Positions 32,850 to 45,652 of a stretch of 64,000 nucleotides of DNA are shown here, piece after piece. The stretch lies in the IMG/VR virus record IMGVR_UViG_3300042196_000418; one strand, written 5' to 3'. Position 1 is the stretch's first letter, and each line of letters begins with the position of its first letter. Origin of the DNA: a virus (taxonomy: Duplodnaviria > Caudoviricetes). The notes below the pieces were generated by a model that ran no database searches, was not told the DNA's origin, and was given only the letters and a program-made list of their open reading frames with translations. Made by a program: the position numbers and the translations under genes.

Positions 32850-33617
32850 GTGTCGAAAGTGCACGCGCTGCCGCGGCTCCGGCGTCGTTACCAACCGACT
32901 GGGGATCATCGGCTACGCGCCGTGCCCCGAGTGCGTGACGCTGTGACGTTCGACGGCAACGACAACACGCGCCGTGAGGCTGCCGCGCTACGTCGCCAGG
33001 GAGCGTTGTCGCGCGCAACCTTTGGGAAGCCACGGGGGACGCGCACGGAAGCCGCGGCAGCCAGGACGCCGGTTCCTGGGCGCTACTATCCGAACACAGC
33101 TGCCGAGTTCGTCGTCCCAGCGAAGGACTTCCGTTTGGATACGTACCTCCACATCCTGTGGTTGGACATCGACGAAGAGACGCGTGTGCTGGCGACGTAC
33201 GTCATCGCGGAGTTCGGCGACGCCTCTTGCGTTCATGATCTTGCAGCGCTGCTGCATGCCGATCGTCTCGCAGACGGACGCACGTTTGGTGAAGAAGCGC
33301 GCCGTGGCGCAGCGTTCGCGCTGGCGAGCATCGGTGGTCCAGACGCTGAAGATAGTCTCTGGAGCGCGCTCGAACGGAAGGCGTGCCCTGTCCATGTGCG
33401 CGAGGCCGCCCTCGACGGTCTCTTGGATCTGATGACGCCCGACGGATGGGAAAACTACAACTTTCAGAGCACGACAAAGATTTCCTTGCCGACGAACGTC
33501 CGCGAGCGGCTACTGCGCGTGCAAGACGATCTCCCTTTTCTCGGCAGACTTCTCGAAACCTTCTTCGACCGCGACGCAGCTGTCCAAAGCTCCGACGCCA
33601 GCCAAGGGAGCATGTAA
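32850..33617 (+). CDS. HEAT-repeat protein
   Basis: RVLATYVIAEFGD, ARRGAAFALASIGGPDA, VREAALDGL. Start uncertain. Confidence 0.6.
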   Translation: MSKVHALPRLRRRYQPTGDHRLRAVPRVRDAVTFDGNDNTRREAAALRRQGALSRATFGKPRGTRTEAAAARTPVPGRYYPNTAAEFVVPAKDFRLDTYLHILWLDIDEETRVLATYVIAEFGDASCVHDLAALLHADRLADGRTFGEEARRGAAFALASIGGPDAEDSLWSALERKACPVHVREAALDGLLDLMTPDGWENYNFQSTTKISLPTNVRERLLRVQDDLPFLGRLLETFFDRDAAVQSSDASQGSM

Positions 33618-36600
33618 TGGGTCTCGCACTCCGCCTCCTTCCCGTCGATCGCTTCCACGACGGCTTCGGCCTCTCCCGTTCTGTCCTCGAACTCGGGGGT
33701 CTCAGCTGGGACCTCGGCAGCACGATCCGCGATCTCGCGCGGCGACTCCCTGATGGCCACGACATCTCGGCGTACGGCGGCAAGGAGATCCCGGACGGCC
33801 AGTGCAAGGGCGAGCGTTGCCACGGCAAGCTCGTGGATGATGTCTACGGCGATCCATATTGCTGGCTCACCGCGAAGGAGCTGCGTCCCGTGCTCGCCGA
33901 GCACTGGCCAAAGCATCCGGTCAGGGCTTACGTGCTCACGATGCCAGACGACCAACTTATCGTGCTGGATTGGCACTGATGCTTCGACGTCGACAACCAG
34001 GCCGACGGCTGAACCATCTCCCGGCTGGAAGGCCGCAGCCGACGCGCACCTCACCGTTCGCGCTCTGCGCCGCAGGCGAGAAGCTACTTATGGCGACAGC
34101 GCCCGAGTCTGAACCGAAGGAGGACTAGGTGGCATCACGATGGCTCTCCGAGCCGGCGATAATACGGGACCGACACGAACAGGGACTGCCATGTGAAATC
34201 TGCACGGCGCGCATTCCGGATATCACTGGAGCTCCAGACGAACAGCGCCACGCGATCGTCCACGACGTGGTTTTGTGTCGCGAGCGCTGTCTGCCGATCG
34301 TCGAGCGCATTTTGGCGCGCGCGCTCCTCGCCCGATCCAAAGGAGGCCGCTGACCATGGCGTACATCGCCGCTAGCACCGGCTGCTGCCTCTGCAAGGAG
34401 TGCTGGAACATCGCCGACGTTCCGCACGAGACGCGCGGCGTGATCTTCACGGTGCGCACGAGGTCAGACGACGGCTTCGAGTACCACGTGCTGCCCCAAG
34501 GCTTCGCCACCAAGATGGCCGCCGAAGCAGCCCTCAAGATGAAGCAGGACCAGGTCATCAAGGACGTGACGCCGTGATCGGAACTGTCGCCACTGACTCC
34601 GGTTGGGGTCAGTGGGCCGGGGGCACCGAGCGCTCCTTCGAGCGCGCCGACGTCATCGCGATCGGCAAACTGCGTCGCACCGGAGATAACCGCATCCACC
34701 TCGTCGTGCGTCTTGCCGACAACCACGAAGTCTTCATCAACGCGTCAACGCAGTCCGCGGACGACGGACGTTGGCTGTACAAGGCCGGTAAGGATCTCCA
34801 GCCCGGACACGACAGTGTCAACTGGAAGGCGGTGCAGCCGTGACCGCAACTGCAAAGCGTAAGACGACAACGAAGCGCTCAACGAAGCGCGCACCTGCGT
34901 GGACCAAGACGATCAATCCGAAGGCGTTCGCCAGCCTCGACGCGGCCGGGGGCAAGGAAACCATGATCGCCGTCTACTGGTCGGGGTACGGCGATGCCCG
35001 AGACGCTCGCGATGGCGGCATGGGGCACCGCATGCAGCGTGACAAGGTAATCGCGAGCCTTGGTCTCGACCGCTGTCCCGATCCCGGATTCACCCCCGAG
35101 GAGATGCAGTCAATCGCGTACGCCGCAAAGATGGCCGCGCTCAAGTGCCTTCGCCTGCGAGGGCGCCGTGGTTGATTGGGTTGGGTTCATACCAAGGCAC
35201 TTCCCGCGCACACGGCTCGCCAGTGGCCGCGGGCTTTCCGCGTCGCAGCAGTACCAATACGATGTTCTGCGCACCGTCGGAGGCAAGCTCGTGCGAGGCA
35301 AGGACGGCTGCTGGCGCAGAGCGGACACCACCGAGAAGATCTTCGGCCTCAACTTCACGGCCATGTTCAAGCTCGTCGAGTTCGGGCTCGTGGAATGTGT
35401 CGACAACCGCATCGACCGCGGCCTCTTGTTCGTGGTGTCCGCGCTGGCCAAAGACGAGCCGGGCACTCGCTATATCCAGGTGAACCAGATCATCAAGGAG
35501 CTGCCGTCGTGACGCGGAAGCTGAGTCGCCCGCAGTTCGATGCGCTCCGCTACGCGAAGGGGCGCCAGCTCTACGCCAAGGATCTCAACGAGGGCAACGG
35601 CAACCTGCGCCGCACGCTGTTGTGGCTCCTCAAGCACGAGCTGCTCGCGTGGGATCCGATCTACCGGGGCCGCATCGCGCTGACCGCGCTGGGAGCGCAA
35701 ACGCTCGACAAAGAGCGCTCCGCACGACGCGTGATCACGCCGACAGGTGTGCACGAGGAGAAGTCATGACCGCTTCCGAGACCAACGCAGCTTTCGTCAC
35801 GCTCGAAGAAGCGCGCATCAAAGAGAAGGACGCGCGGAAACTGCGCGTTGCCGGTCGCGAGAACGAAGCGCTCGAAGCGTACAGCCAGGCCCGCGAGCTG
35901 TACGCCGACTCCGGTCTGCAATACAGCGGCAACAGCACGATGGCCGACGACGTCATGAGCGCCATCAAGCGCTGCGACGCGATCGCCAACAACATCCGCC
36001 GCCCGAAGGCCAAGCGTCCCACCGCGACCACGCCACGCCCCAACTGCCTGGCGTGCAACAAGCCGCTCCGGCGCTACACGCGCGACGGCCAGACGTTCGA
36101 CGACGGCACGCCGCAAGAGTGGGGCGACTACGGGGATCAGCGCTTTTGCGGCCTGACGTGCGGCTGGAGATGGGCGTGCAGACACGCGCCGATGCCGAAG
36201 GGGAAGTGAAAATGTCGCTCTGCCCCAACTGCGAGACTGACAGGCACGCCCGCTGCTGCTCGTGGTGCGGCAAGATCCACAAGCCCGCGCGCTTGCACCA
36301 CGAGCACTGCTCTGCGAAGTGCGACCAAGCGGCAGCGGAGGCTGACCAACTGTCGGCCGCGACGGAGGAAGCGCTCGGCTGCTGCTTCGAGGTCGCAATC
36401 ACACCATGACGGAGAATGCGGCCCAGCGCATTCGCGGCAGCCGCTGTGTGGTCTGCAACGCTCGGACTACGGCGTGGTACTGCCTGGACTGTGGCGTCTC
36501 GACCACGTCTGGCGGGCGAAGCGATGCCGATCTGACGAAGTATCGAAATGCCTCGGCGGCCAGGTGGCAAACGATGCGCGACGAACGTACGACGGTAGCG

Positions 36601-37018
36601 AACACGATCGGATGGGAACTCCATGCGGACGGCATCATTCGATCGTCCGCGCCGACACCGGTGACTCCGAGCGATCCACGACGCTGGTGCGATGACTGCC
36701 TTTGTTATGGGGTCCACCGGCCTGGATGCGGCCTCATTGAAATGGATGGCCGCTTCGTCGGGGGCTACGAGAGGATGTCGCCAAAGCCAAAGTTCACTCG
36801 CGCTCGACCGCTCGCTACACCTGAACCTTGGTGGGACCCGAGAACTCGTCGGTTGCATGACAGGGCCGTGCGTCGCCGCTGGACATTGTTCACCGAGCAG
36901 TGGTCCGCCGTTGCCCTGCTCAACCTGACCGCTGCGCTGGAGCGTGGGCTCGCCGCCGACAAGGGCCGACCGGCGCTCAGCGCTCAGCACTCAGCTCTGG
37001 CGGATCCCTCGTGATCCC

Positions 37019-37140
37019 GGGTAGTCCAGTACCCGGCTCTCGAGCGCCACGCCGCCGTGAGCAGGGAGCTCTGGGTATCGAGCTACCCAGGTTTTACGTC
37101 CGCGGGCTTAGGCCGCTGGAATCACGGCACGCCGCAAGCA
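37019..37140 (+). promoter_or_regulatory. Promoter cassette P5
   Basis: Two perfect palindromes GGGTA-gtccag-TACCC 37019-37034 and GGGTA-tcgagc-TACCC 37073-37088 (54 bp apart). GG-cacgccgcaa-GC 37126-37139. ATG 37154. Confidence 0.85.
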
Positions 37141-37153
37141 AAGGAGGATCAGC

Positions 37154-37597
37154 ATGCCGCGCTACATGACGTTCCGATTCGACGTGACCGCACTCACCGA
37201 GCGCCAGCGCGAGATCCTCGCTGGCTCGGTGATCGCTCAGCATGAGGCGAGCGACTTCAACTACGAGACGACCCAGGAGTGGGCGGACGAGAACTACCCC
37301 ACCGTCAAGGTTGCTGAGGTCTGCCACTTTTGCGGGCAGGTGAACGAGAACGGTGAGTGCGGTGGCGAGGGCGAGGGCATCTGCACCGAGCTTATGTGCG
37401 TGTCCGACTTCGCGCTGCCCGGCAAGCTTTCACCCACGTACAGCGACGACGTCGAAGCGTACGTGCGCGACTACTGCGCCGAGCACGGCATCGAGGACTC
37501 GCTCGTGCCCTACCGCGCTGACGGACTGACGTACTACCAGCAGCTCGCGTACATGGTGCGCGAGTACCACGACCTTCCCCAGCCCAAAGGCGAATGA
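37154..37597 (+). CDS. Hypothetical protein, first gene of P5 operon, shares the FDVT..EASD domain with 30250
   Basis: FRFDVTALTERQREILAGSVIAQHEASD...YPTV, then a Cys-rich domain. Confidence 0.75.
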   Translation: MPRYMTFRFDVTALTERQREILAGSVIAQHEASDFNYETTQEWADENYPTVKVAEVCHFCGQVNENGECGGEGEGICTELMCVSDFALPGKLSPTYSDDVEAYVRDYCAEHGIEDSLVPYRADGLTYYQQLAYMVREYHDLPQPKGE

Positions 37598-38716
37598 TCA
37601 TGCTGACCACGACCGGGAGACCATGAAGATGAAACGTCCCTGGCTGAGACCGTCGATCCGTGTTGGATGCCAGGTGCGCATCCATAAGGCCGTTCCTGGC
37701 TTCGGCGAGGCGCTCGATCGCTACGCTGACGTGATTGCCGAGAATCCTGGACACTTGCTGTTCAAGGTGCGCGTTCATGGCGGACCTGCGAAGGGTCAGG
37801 AGCACTGGATGCGTCTCGAAGATCTTCAACTCGTCGGTGTTACCTGAACCCCGCGCCTCGCGCCCCGAAGGAGTCTTGACCATGGTTGCGCTCTTGACCA
37901 CCATCATCCAGTTTGCCCTGCACCTCAACGATCCGCAGTGGTCGTGCGAAGTCACGCACCGCGATCCCAGCATCGCCGGAACCTACTACCTGTACTGCTC
38001 ACAGATGACGCCCGACGGCGTGGAGCTTGTCACCGTCGGCCGTTTCATCTCTGACGCGAAGGCGTCGAAGGTCACGCCGTGAAGCTCTACGCGCGCACAC
38101 CAGCCGGCACGGGCCTCGGCCTTGATGTCCTGCTAACCGGTCAGCTGAACGAGTCGGACGGCAAGATCCGCAGTATCGAGGTCTCCCTGCCGAATGGCTG
38201 CGTGCAGGTCGTTGGCTGCCGCATCAAGACAATGCCCAAGATGCCGCGTGGTCGACAGCTTCTGTGGACAGACCCCGCTGACATCTACGCCGACGATGGG
38301 GACAGCCTCAGCCCTGAAGAGTTGCGCAACGAAGCTGCGCGCGTTCGCGAGAAGCGCCGCGCAGAAATGCTGCACGGACCGCTCGGGGAGAACTGGCCGT
38401 GAGCGCCAAAGCCGAATTCGAGTTCCACGACGTGATCCGCGTGCGGATCGAGCTGCGTGCGCCCAAGAAAGGCGCGCTAACCTGGGCTGTTCCCATCGAG
38501 GCGACGCCCGCGGAGGCACTCGATCACGTCACCTGCGGACGCGACGTCTGGTCGGCCGGCGAAGCGGGCTTCGGCTTCTACGCCACCTGTGATGACGGCG
38601 AGCTTGCCTACTTGGCCGAGGTGGGCATGCGCTACATCGTCGTGTACGTCGACCACGTGCGCACCGAGCCCCGCCTCAACAACGTCATCCCTCACGTCAA
38701 GCTGCTCTAGGAGCAC

Positions 38717-40237
38717 ATGAGCGTCACGCAAAAGAACTGGTTCGACGTCGATCGCAAGGGGCTCGCGAAGCTCATCGAGCGCCGCGGTGGCGGCTCGGGC
38801 TGGGGCAGCGAGGGCGGTGGCAAGATCGCCCTGCTCCTGGAGCTGATCGCGAACGCGCTCGACGCCGACGGCGTGACGCACGTCGAGGTCGTGCTGGAAC
38901 CCGAGCAGGGCGTGCCTCACGCGACGATCCTGGTAAGCGACGACGCCCCCGGCGGCTTCGAGGACATCACCCATGCCTGGACGCTGTTCGCCGAGTCGAG
39001 CCGCAAGGCGTACCCGACCAAGCGCGGGCGGTTCGATCTGGGCGAGAAGCTTGTGCTCGCACTCTGCGTCGAGGCGTCGATCATCTCCACCAAGAGCGCG
39101 GTGCAGTTCGACGCGCGCGGACGCGCGCCGATGAAGGCGCGGCGCGAACGCGGCACCGAGTTCCAGGGCATCGCGCGCATCACGCGTGCCGAGCTGGCCG
39201 AGATCAAGGCCGGCCTCAAGAAGATCATCGTGCCCGCGGGCGTCACGCTCCTCATCAACGGTGAGCAGCTGCCCGTGCGCGTGCTCCTCAAGACGGTCGA
39301 GGCAACCCTGGCGACCGAGATCTCGGATGACGAGGGTGTGCTGCGTAGGTCCATCCGCAAGACGACGGTGGACATCTACGAGCCACTGCCTGGCGAGACC
39401 CCGATGCTCTACGAACTGGGCATGCCCGTCGTCGAGACGGGTGACAAGTTCCACGTGTCCGTATCGCAAAAAGTGCCGCTCAATATGGACCGCGACAACG
39501 TGACACCCGCGTACCTGCGCGACGTGCGCACGGTCGTCGTCAACGCGATGCATGACAAGCTCACCGAGGACGACGGCAACGCAACGTTCGTGAACGAGGC
39601 CCTCGCCGATGATGATGTCGCGCCCGAGGCCGCGAACAAGGCGCTCGATCTCAAGTTCACCAAGAAGCGCGCGATCTGGGATCCGAACGATCTCGAAGCG
39701 AACATGAACCTGGAGAGCCAGGGCTACACGCTGATCAAGGGCGGGCAGCTCACCGGTGACCAGTGGGCGAACGCCAAGAAGCACGATCCGAAGCTCAAGC
39801 CCGCAGGTCAGATCGCGCCGACCAAGAAGGTCCTGTTCGCGCCCGACGGCAAGGACTGCTGGGTGCCGCGCGCGAAGTGGACGCCCGCGATGCGAGCCGT
39901 CGTCGCGTACGCAACCGAGGTCTGCCGCGCGCTGATCGGCTCGCGCGTCGAGGTGTCGGTCATGTCCGACATCACCGAGAGCGCGGGTGCCTGCTACGGC
40001 AGCCAGGGCCTCGTGTTCAACCTCGGGCGCCTGGGGCACGACTTCTTCAACGCGTGCAGCCACGGGCCGACCGATCAGCTGAACCAGCTGCTCCTCCACG
40101 AGCTGGGCCACGGCTTGCCCGGCGGAGACAACCACCTCGACGCCAAATACCACGAGGGTCTCTGCAAACTGGGAGCGAAGCTCACCAGGCTCGCGCTCGA
40201 CCTGCCCCATCTGTTCACCTGGAGCTTCTTGCCATGA
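38717..40237 (+). CDS. GHKL (HATPase_c) ATPase with C-terminal HExxH putative zinc-peptidase domain
   Basis: LLELIANALDA (N box), VSDDAPGG (G1), RGRFDLGEK (G2), RGTEF (G3). C-terminal LLLHELGH...H. SD aggag. Confidence 0.85.
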   Translation: MSVTQKNWFDVDRKGLAKLIERRGGGSGWGSEGGGKIALLLELIANALDADGVTHVEVVLEPEQGVPHATILVSDDAPGGFEDITHAWTLFAESSRKAYPTKRGRFDLGEKLVLALCVEASIISTKSAVQFDARGRAPMKARRERGTEFQGIARITRAELAEIKAGLKKIIVPAGVTLLINGEQLPVRVLLKTVEATLATEISDDEGVLRRSIRKTTVDIYEPLPGETPMLYELGMPVVETGDKFHVSVSQKVPLNMDRDNVTPAYLRDVRTVVVNAMHDKLTEDDGNATFVNEALADDDVAPEAANKALDLKFTKKRAIWDPNDLEANMNLESQGYTLIKGGQLTGDQWANAKKHDPKLKPAGQIAPTKKVLFAPDGKDCWVPRAKWTPAMRAVVAYATEVCRALIGSRVEVSVMSDITESAGACYGSQGLVFNLGRLGHDFFNACSHGPTDQLNQLLLHELGHGLPGGDNHLDAKYHEGLCKLGAKLTRLALDLPHLFTWSFLP

Positions 40238-43200
40238 TCGTCAAAACCGAGAAGGTCGACGGCAAACGGATCGAGATCCACGAGGATCGCTTCGGCACAC
40301 GTCGCTACTGGGCCAAGGTCGACGGCATCGGCCTGTTCCAGCGTGGCCGGATGCGCATGCGCACGTTCACCACCATCGACGCGGCGAAGAAGGCAGCTCT
40401 TCAGAACGTGCGCACGACGGAGGCACCGTGAACGACAGCGACCGCATTCCGATCACGTGTCCCGGCATCCTGTGGCTGCACAGCCTGGTGACGATCAACG
40501 CGGAGACGCACATCATCATCCGGCCGACAGCGGCGTTCCGCGTGCGATGCATCCTCATCCCGGACAAGGCGGCACGAGACATCGCGATCCGGAACATCCG
40601 CATCGGCGTCAACAGCCAGCTCGCACGCGACACGAGCATTGCCGCGTCGGAATTTACATGGAAACCGCGGATCGATCTCGAGCCGCTCCGAAAGGAATAC
40701 GGCCCGCACCCGATGAACGCGTCGCTGTTCGCGCAACTGATCCATCGACGCCCCGAGATACGCCTCGACACGATCACGTGTGCGAAAGACCTCGCGTTCA
40801 TCGTCGAGCCGTACGATCCGGCAGCACACACACCAGAAATCTTTGAGGCGTTCCTGCTCGGGACGATGATCGGGCCAGTGCCTTCGTGACCGGCACACCA
40901 AAGCTGTGGCTCGTGCGCCGCTCCGCGAATGCGCGTACGCATCGCGGGCCGCGGCTCTACTGGCTCGCGATCGCGTCCCACGGTCCCAAGCAAGTCACGC
41001 TGGCGAAGCCCTACTGCGGCCGGATCTCCTTCAAGCGGTCCGAACTCGACGCGTGGGGGCTATCCGAGACAGCCGAAGCTGCGATCGAGCTGTTCCGTGA
41101 TCGCGCACACCAGTGGCGTGAGAACGCGCTGGAGGACCTCGGGCGTGCGGATCGCGACCTCGCGTTTGCCGCGCATCGAACGATCGCGAACGCGCTCCGG
41201 TACGCGAAGGAGGAAGGTTCATCATGAAGCTCCGTGTGATCGATGCTCTCCAGATGCCCGAGGTACTGGCCGGGGCGAAATGGATCGCACTGCCGCTTCC
41301 CGGCGGGATGGTGCTGCCCACGCAGACCATCGGCGTCGACACGGACCGCAAGAAGATGCACTGGTGCGATCGCGTCTACGACCCGCGTGCGGTGCGGCCC
41401 TCCCACTTCGGGACGGAGGCCGCGCTCACGCTCGGGCAACTGCTTGGCGAGTGTGTGCTCGTCGACGCGGAAAGGACCCCACAATGAAGCTTCACGGCAT
41501 CAAAAAGTCCTTACCGCGCTGGATCGTCTTCGACGAAATCGGCGGCCCGATGACGTACCACCAGACACAAGATGAGGCCCACGCAGCAGCCAAGGAGCGC
41601 GGAGCCGGACGCACGATCGTCTACGTCGCGCAGATCCTGCTCACGAACGATTCCGCGCAATGGAAGAAAGACACGTGATGCTGGACCCCAAGGACATCAA
41701 GCACGGTTCGCTCATCGAGCTGCGAGACAGCGAAACCGGCCAGTGGTTGCCGCTGACGATCATCTCGATCGTACACGACCACGTCGAGTGCCGAACGCTC
41801 GCGAACGAACCGATCCTCACGACGACCTCGGCGCTGCTCAAAGACGCGCGGCTGCGCCCGCGTGACGGATCGTGTCGCGACTGCGGCGACGAAGCCCACG
41901 ATGGCCCGTGCATCGATCGTCAGTGCTCCGAGTGTGGTGCCTGCGTGTCCTCGCGCTGTTACCAGCACCCGCAGAGTGCGGTACACGTCTACCGCCGCCT
42001 GCGCTACCTCGCCGAGATCGTCGAGGACAAGCCGTATCCGACGCGTGAGACGAGCCGCGCGCTCCATCAAGACCTCGTCGAGCAGATGCGCACGCTCAGG
42101 AACACCGAGGAGGTCCGGCAGAACCGCTACATGATCAACGGGCTCATGCGCTCCGAGATCCTGTCGGCCCTCGAGAACGCGGCGAGTCTGATCGACTCTC
42201 TGCCAACCGAGAAGAAAAGGGGCTCGTGATGAGGATCGATTACGCCTGGCACTTCTCCGGTGAGCCTTCGATCCCGCCTACGTTTCGCGGCCCGGGCCCC
42301 CATGAGCTGACGCTGGAACAGCTCAAGGCTCTTACGAAGGACCACGCAGTGCTCCTCTACAAGAACGACGACGGCGAAACCGTGATCGCGTTCGACACTC
42401 ACCGCGGAAGGTTCAGGCAGCGCTGAGGCATTCCATGAAGACCATCAACCTCGATCCACTTTCGAACGACGAACTCGTCCTCGTCGTGAAGCTCGCCGGG
42501 AAACCAGGCGACGGCCCTGGCATCGCCGATCCAGAGCTTATCGCGCGCCTGGTGCGTGAGATTCACAAGGCGCGAAAGGTCGTCGAGCTGAAGCTCTGCG
42601 AAACCGAACGGCTGGTCCTTCGTCCCGACACCTTGTATCGCTTCGTCGTCGCACCTGACTGCGACCGCTGCACTGAGCTAGGCGCCGTCTACCTGCTGGA
42701 ACTCCAGCAACGGAAGAAGCAAGCGTGAAGATCACAAAGACCCACAAGTCCGACGACGAAGCAAAGACGATGGCCGGCTACGTCGCCTCATTTTTAGCCA
42801 TCGAGGATGCGCTCGCGTTCGAGAACGCAGCACTCGCCGCGCCCAATGTCCACCTGCCGCCCGTCGCGCGCAGCGTACGCGACGGCGGCCAGCACACCAC
42901 GCTGTACTGGCGCTGGCTCAACAGCTTGGCGGAGGTGTGGTCGTGAAATCAGCCGTGCCCAACAACAACAACGACGACGAGATCGAAGTCCTCGCCGAGC
43001 GGAGCGGACCATGGGGACGCATCCGGATCCGCGAGCGGCAAGGCGCCGGTCCACACGATGTCAGGAAGTGCTCCATCTTCCTGACGCCGGATCAGCTCGA
43101 AGAGCACGCACGTGAGTGTGTCGAGCTCGCGGCCAAGATCAGGGGTGGCCAGTGAGCGATCGCGAGATCCACATTCGCAAGCGTCCCGATGACGCCACCG

Positions 43201-44341
43201 CCAAGCCTGTGTGGTGCGGCGAGGTCGGCGTCGCATCGATCACCGAGGCATGGGGCTACTACGGTCCCGGCGGCAACGGTCACGACGCCGTCTGCCGCGG
43301 CTGCATCGACGCGCAGCGCCCAGCGCGGAGGGAGTCGTGAATATACGTATCTCCGAAGACGAGTACATCCAGCTCTGCGCGGAACTCCAGGCCCTCGTAA
43401 AAGCGTGGAAGGACCGTCTCGACATCCCCGAATACGCGGCATCCTGCGTCTTGCTCCAAGTCGGCGGGACCATGGCTGCCTGGAGTGGTGCACCTCTCGA
43501 GCACGCGCTGAGTTACGTCGAACACGCGTGGAAGACAGCTGGCGAGCTGCCTGAGGAAGAATCGTGAAGCGCGTCTTCAGGATCTGGCCCGCTGATCGCG
43601 AAGGCGTCCCCGCGAAAGACTCTGGCGCTTGGCACCGGGCGCGACACTGGCTCGTGGTCGACGTCACCGGAGGAGATCCCTGCATCGTCGAGGGTCCGGT
43701 CTCGCGCGAGACGGCCCTTCAACGCGAGCGCGAGCTGAGCGCCGCTCACGCCGCCAACAACTCCAGAAAGGACGTCCCGTGATCGAAGACAAGGTCTCCC
43801 TGACACGAACGCGTGTGGAGCTCGTCGAACTCCTCACTGCCCAGCTGTCGCCCGAAGAGCGCGTCCGCATCCAGGGTGAGCTGTCGATCGTCAACACCAA
43901 GATCAAGGCCCTGAACACGACCTCCGCCGCCCAGCTCAAGGCTGCGGCCGATCGCCGCAAAATCGCCGGCCTGACCGAGGCCCAGGCCAATGCCGCGAGA
44001 GCAAGGGCCAGAATCAACGGCTCACGCGCACCCGAGCACGACGAACCCGAAGACGACGACCCCGGCCAGACCGCGGCGATCGACGGCTGGATCGACGCGG
44101 TCCTCTTGCGGCACGACGTCGACTTCTCCCGAGGGGCAACGGGCGCGCTCATGCTCACGAGCGATCCGTCGCGCCCTCACGTCCCTCAGAAGCTAGCCGC
44201 CGCGATCGAGCTGCTCGCCACTGGGCTCTACGCGGCAGCGCGCGGGAAAGAGATGCCCGATTTGCCGAGCCCCGCGCCGAAGGCCCCGATGGCGGCGAAG
44301 GGGCCGAAAACAAAGCCGAAGAAACGCTGAGAAATCGGCCT

Positions 44342-44357
44342 GGGTATAAAACAACCC
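44342..44357. promoter_or_regulatory. Single imperfect palindrome copy
   Basis: ctGGGTA-taaaac-AACCC in the 44331-44401 gap. No GG-N10-GC at the usual spacing. Confidence 0.35.
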
Positions 44358-45652
44358 AATTCCACTCAGACGCGATCGCCGCTACAAGGAAAGAACCGCC
44401 CGTGACCAAGAAGGACATCACCATCGACTGCCCCGTGCCGTGCGGGACTGCCGCTCATCACCGATACCTCGCGGCTAGCGAGCACTGCAAAGCTCGCCGC
44501 CGCGGCGCTGCCCGGCGGCATGATCGCGCAGGAAGCCCGAAGGCAACGGTCATCATCAATCTGTTCGGCGAGAACTGGCGCGACGCGTTCAAGGACGACG
44601 AGGCGCCATGATTCGTAAGCTGCTTTGCAAGCTTGGACTTCACCGCGGGGGCGAGCTGAAGATCTCGTTTCACACGATCCCGTCGGAGGAGGATTGCGCG
44701 CGACTGATCGCTACACGCCAATGGCCCGCGGACGAGTGGCGTACGTGTGAAGTGTGCTCGACGCGCATGTTCATTCGGAAAGTGTATCTGCCGTCATGAA
44801 GGGAGCAGCGCGAATGCCTAAGAAGCCCGTCGACCCGCAGGCCGCGGAGTGCATGCCGACGCGCGGCAAGATCGACGACCCCCACGAACCGGCGCAGACG
44901 ATCGACAACGAGCGCGACGCCAAGGAGACGATCCGGCGCCTGAGGACCAAGCCGTGAAGAATCTCGAATACTGCAAGCGACAGATCCAGCTCGCCATGCT
45001 GCGAGCGCAATGGTGGCTTGCCTCCGCCTCGACCGGCCACTACAAGCAGCGGAAGATCTCACACGGCACGATCACCCGCGGTGGTCCCGAATTCACCGAC
45101 GATGAAAAGCTGGCGGCGGCGATGGCCACCGCGCAGCGCCACATCGAGATCGCCGCCGAGTTCTCGGAGAAGTTGGCAGAGGCCGAATCGCAAAACGAGA
45201 CGGGAAACGAAGGAAAGCTGCCGTGAGGGACGCAGACCGACGCAAACTGATCCTTCTCGCAGAAGCTCGCGCGACCGCGACGAGCGCGACGATCGTGATC
45301 CAGCGCCTCGTCGTCACCCTCGAACAAATCAAGAGCGAATTGTCCGCTGACGATCCGCTCTACGCTCCCACCCGCGTCGCGCAAGATCTCGTGGCCACCC
45401 TTATCGACATCCGCGATCGCATCAATCAGCAAATCAGCGAGGTACCGTCGTGACGCCAAGAGAGATCCTCGCCACCACACAAGGAGCGATGCTCCGCGCC
45501 GAGCACAGTGAGTCCGACCGTGCCCTGCTCGCGACGCACGACCTCATCGTCACCTTCCTCGACGCCACGGACGCCGGCTGTCCCGAGTCGATGAAGGCGC
45601 TGTCGATCGACCAGGTCAACCTGCTCAACAAACTGCACCTGGCGGTGGGCCT

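Larger units (their letters stand above)
29071..37014 (+). other. Plus-strand operon of about 22 small hypothetical genes
   Basis: Overlap-coupled ORFs starting at 29071, 29364, 29602, 30041, 30250, 30645, 30970, 31290, 31805, 32116, 32489, 32850, 33617 ... 36406. Confidence 0.7.

Noticed and set aside
38477-40210. 577-aa minus-strand ORF, the longest in the track
   Set aside because: Antisense shadow of the GHKL ATPase, typical of high-GC codon bias, with no motifs. The same applies to most long antisense ORFs (e.g. 26426-27625, 29578-30732, 2955-3887).
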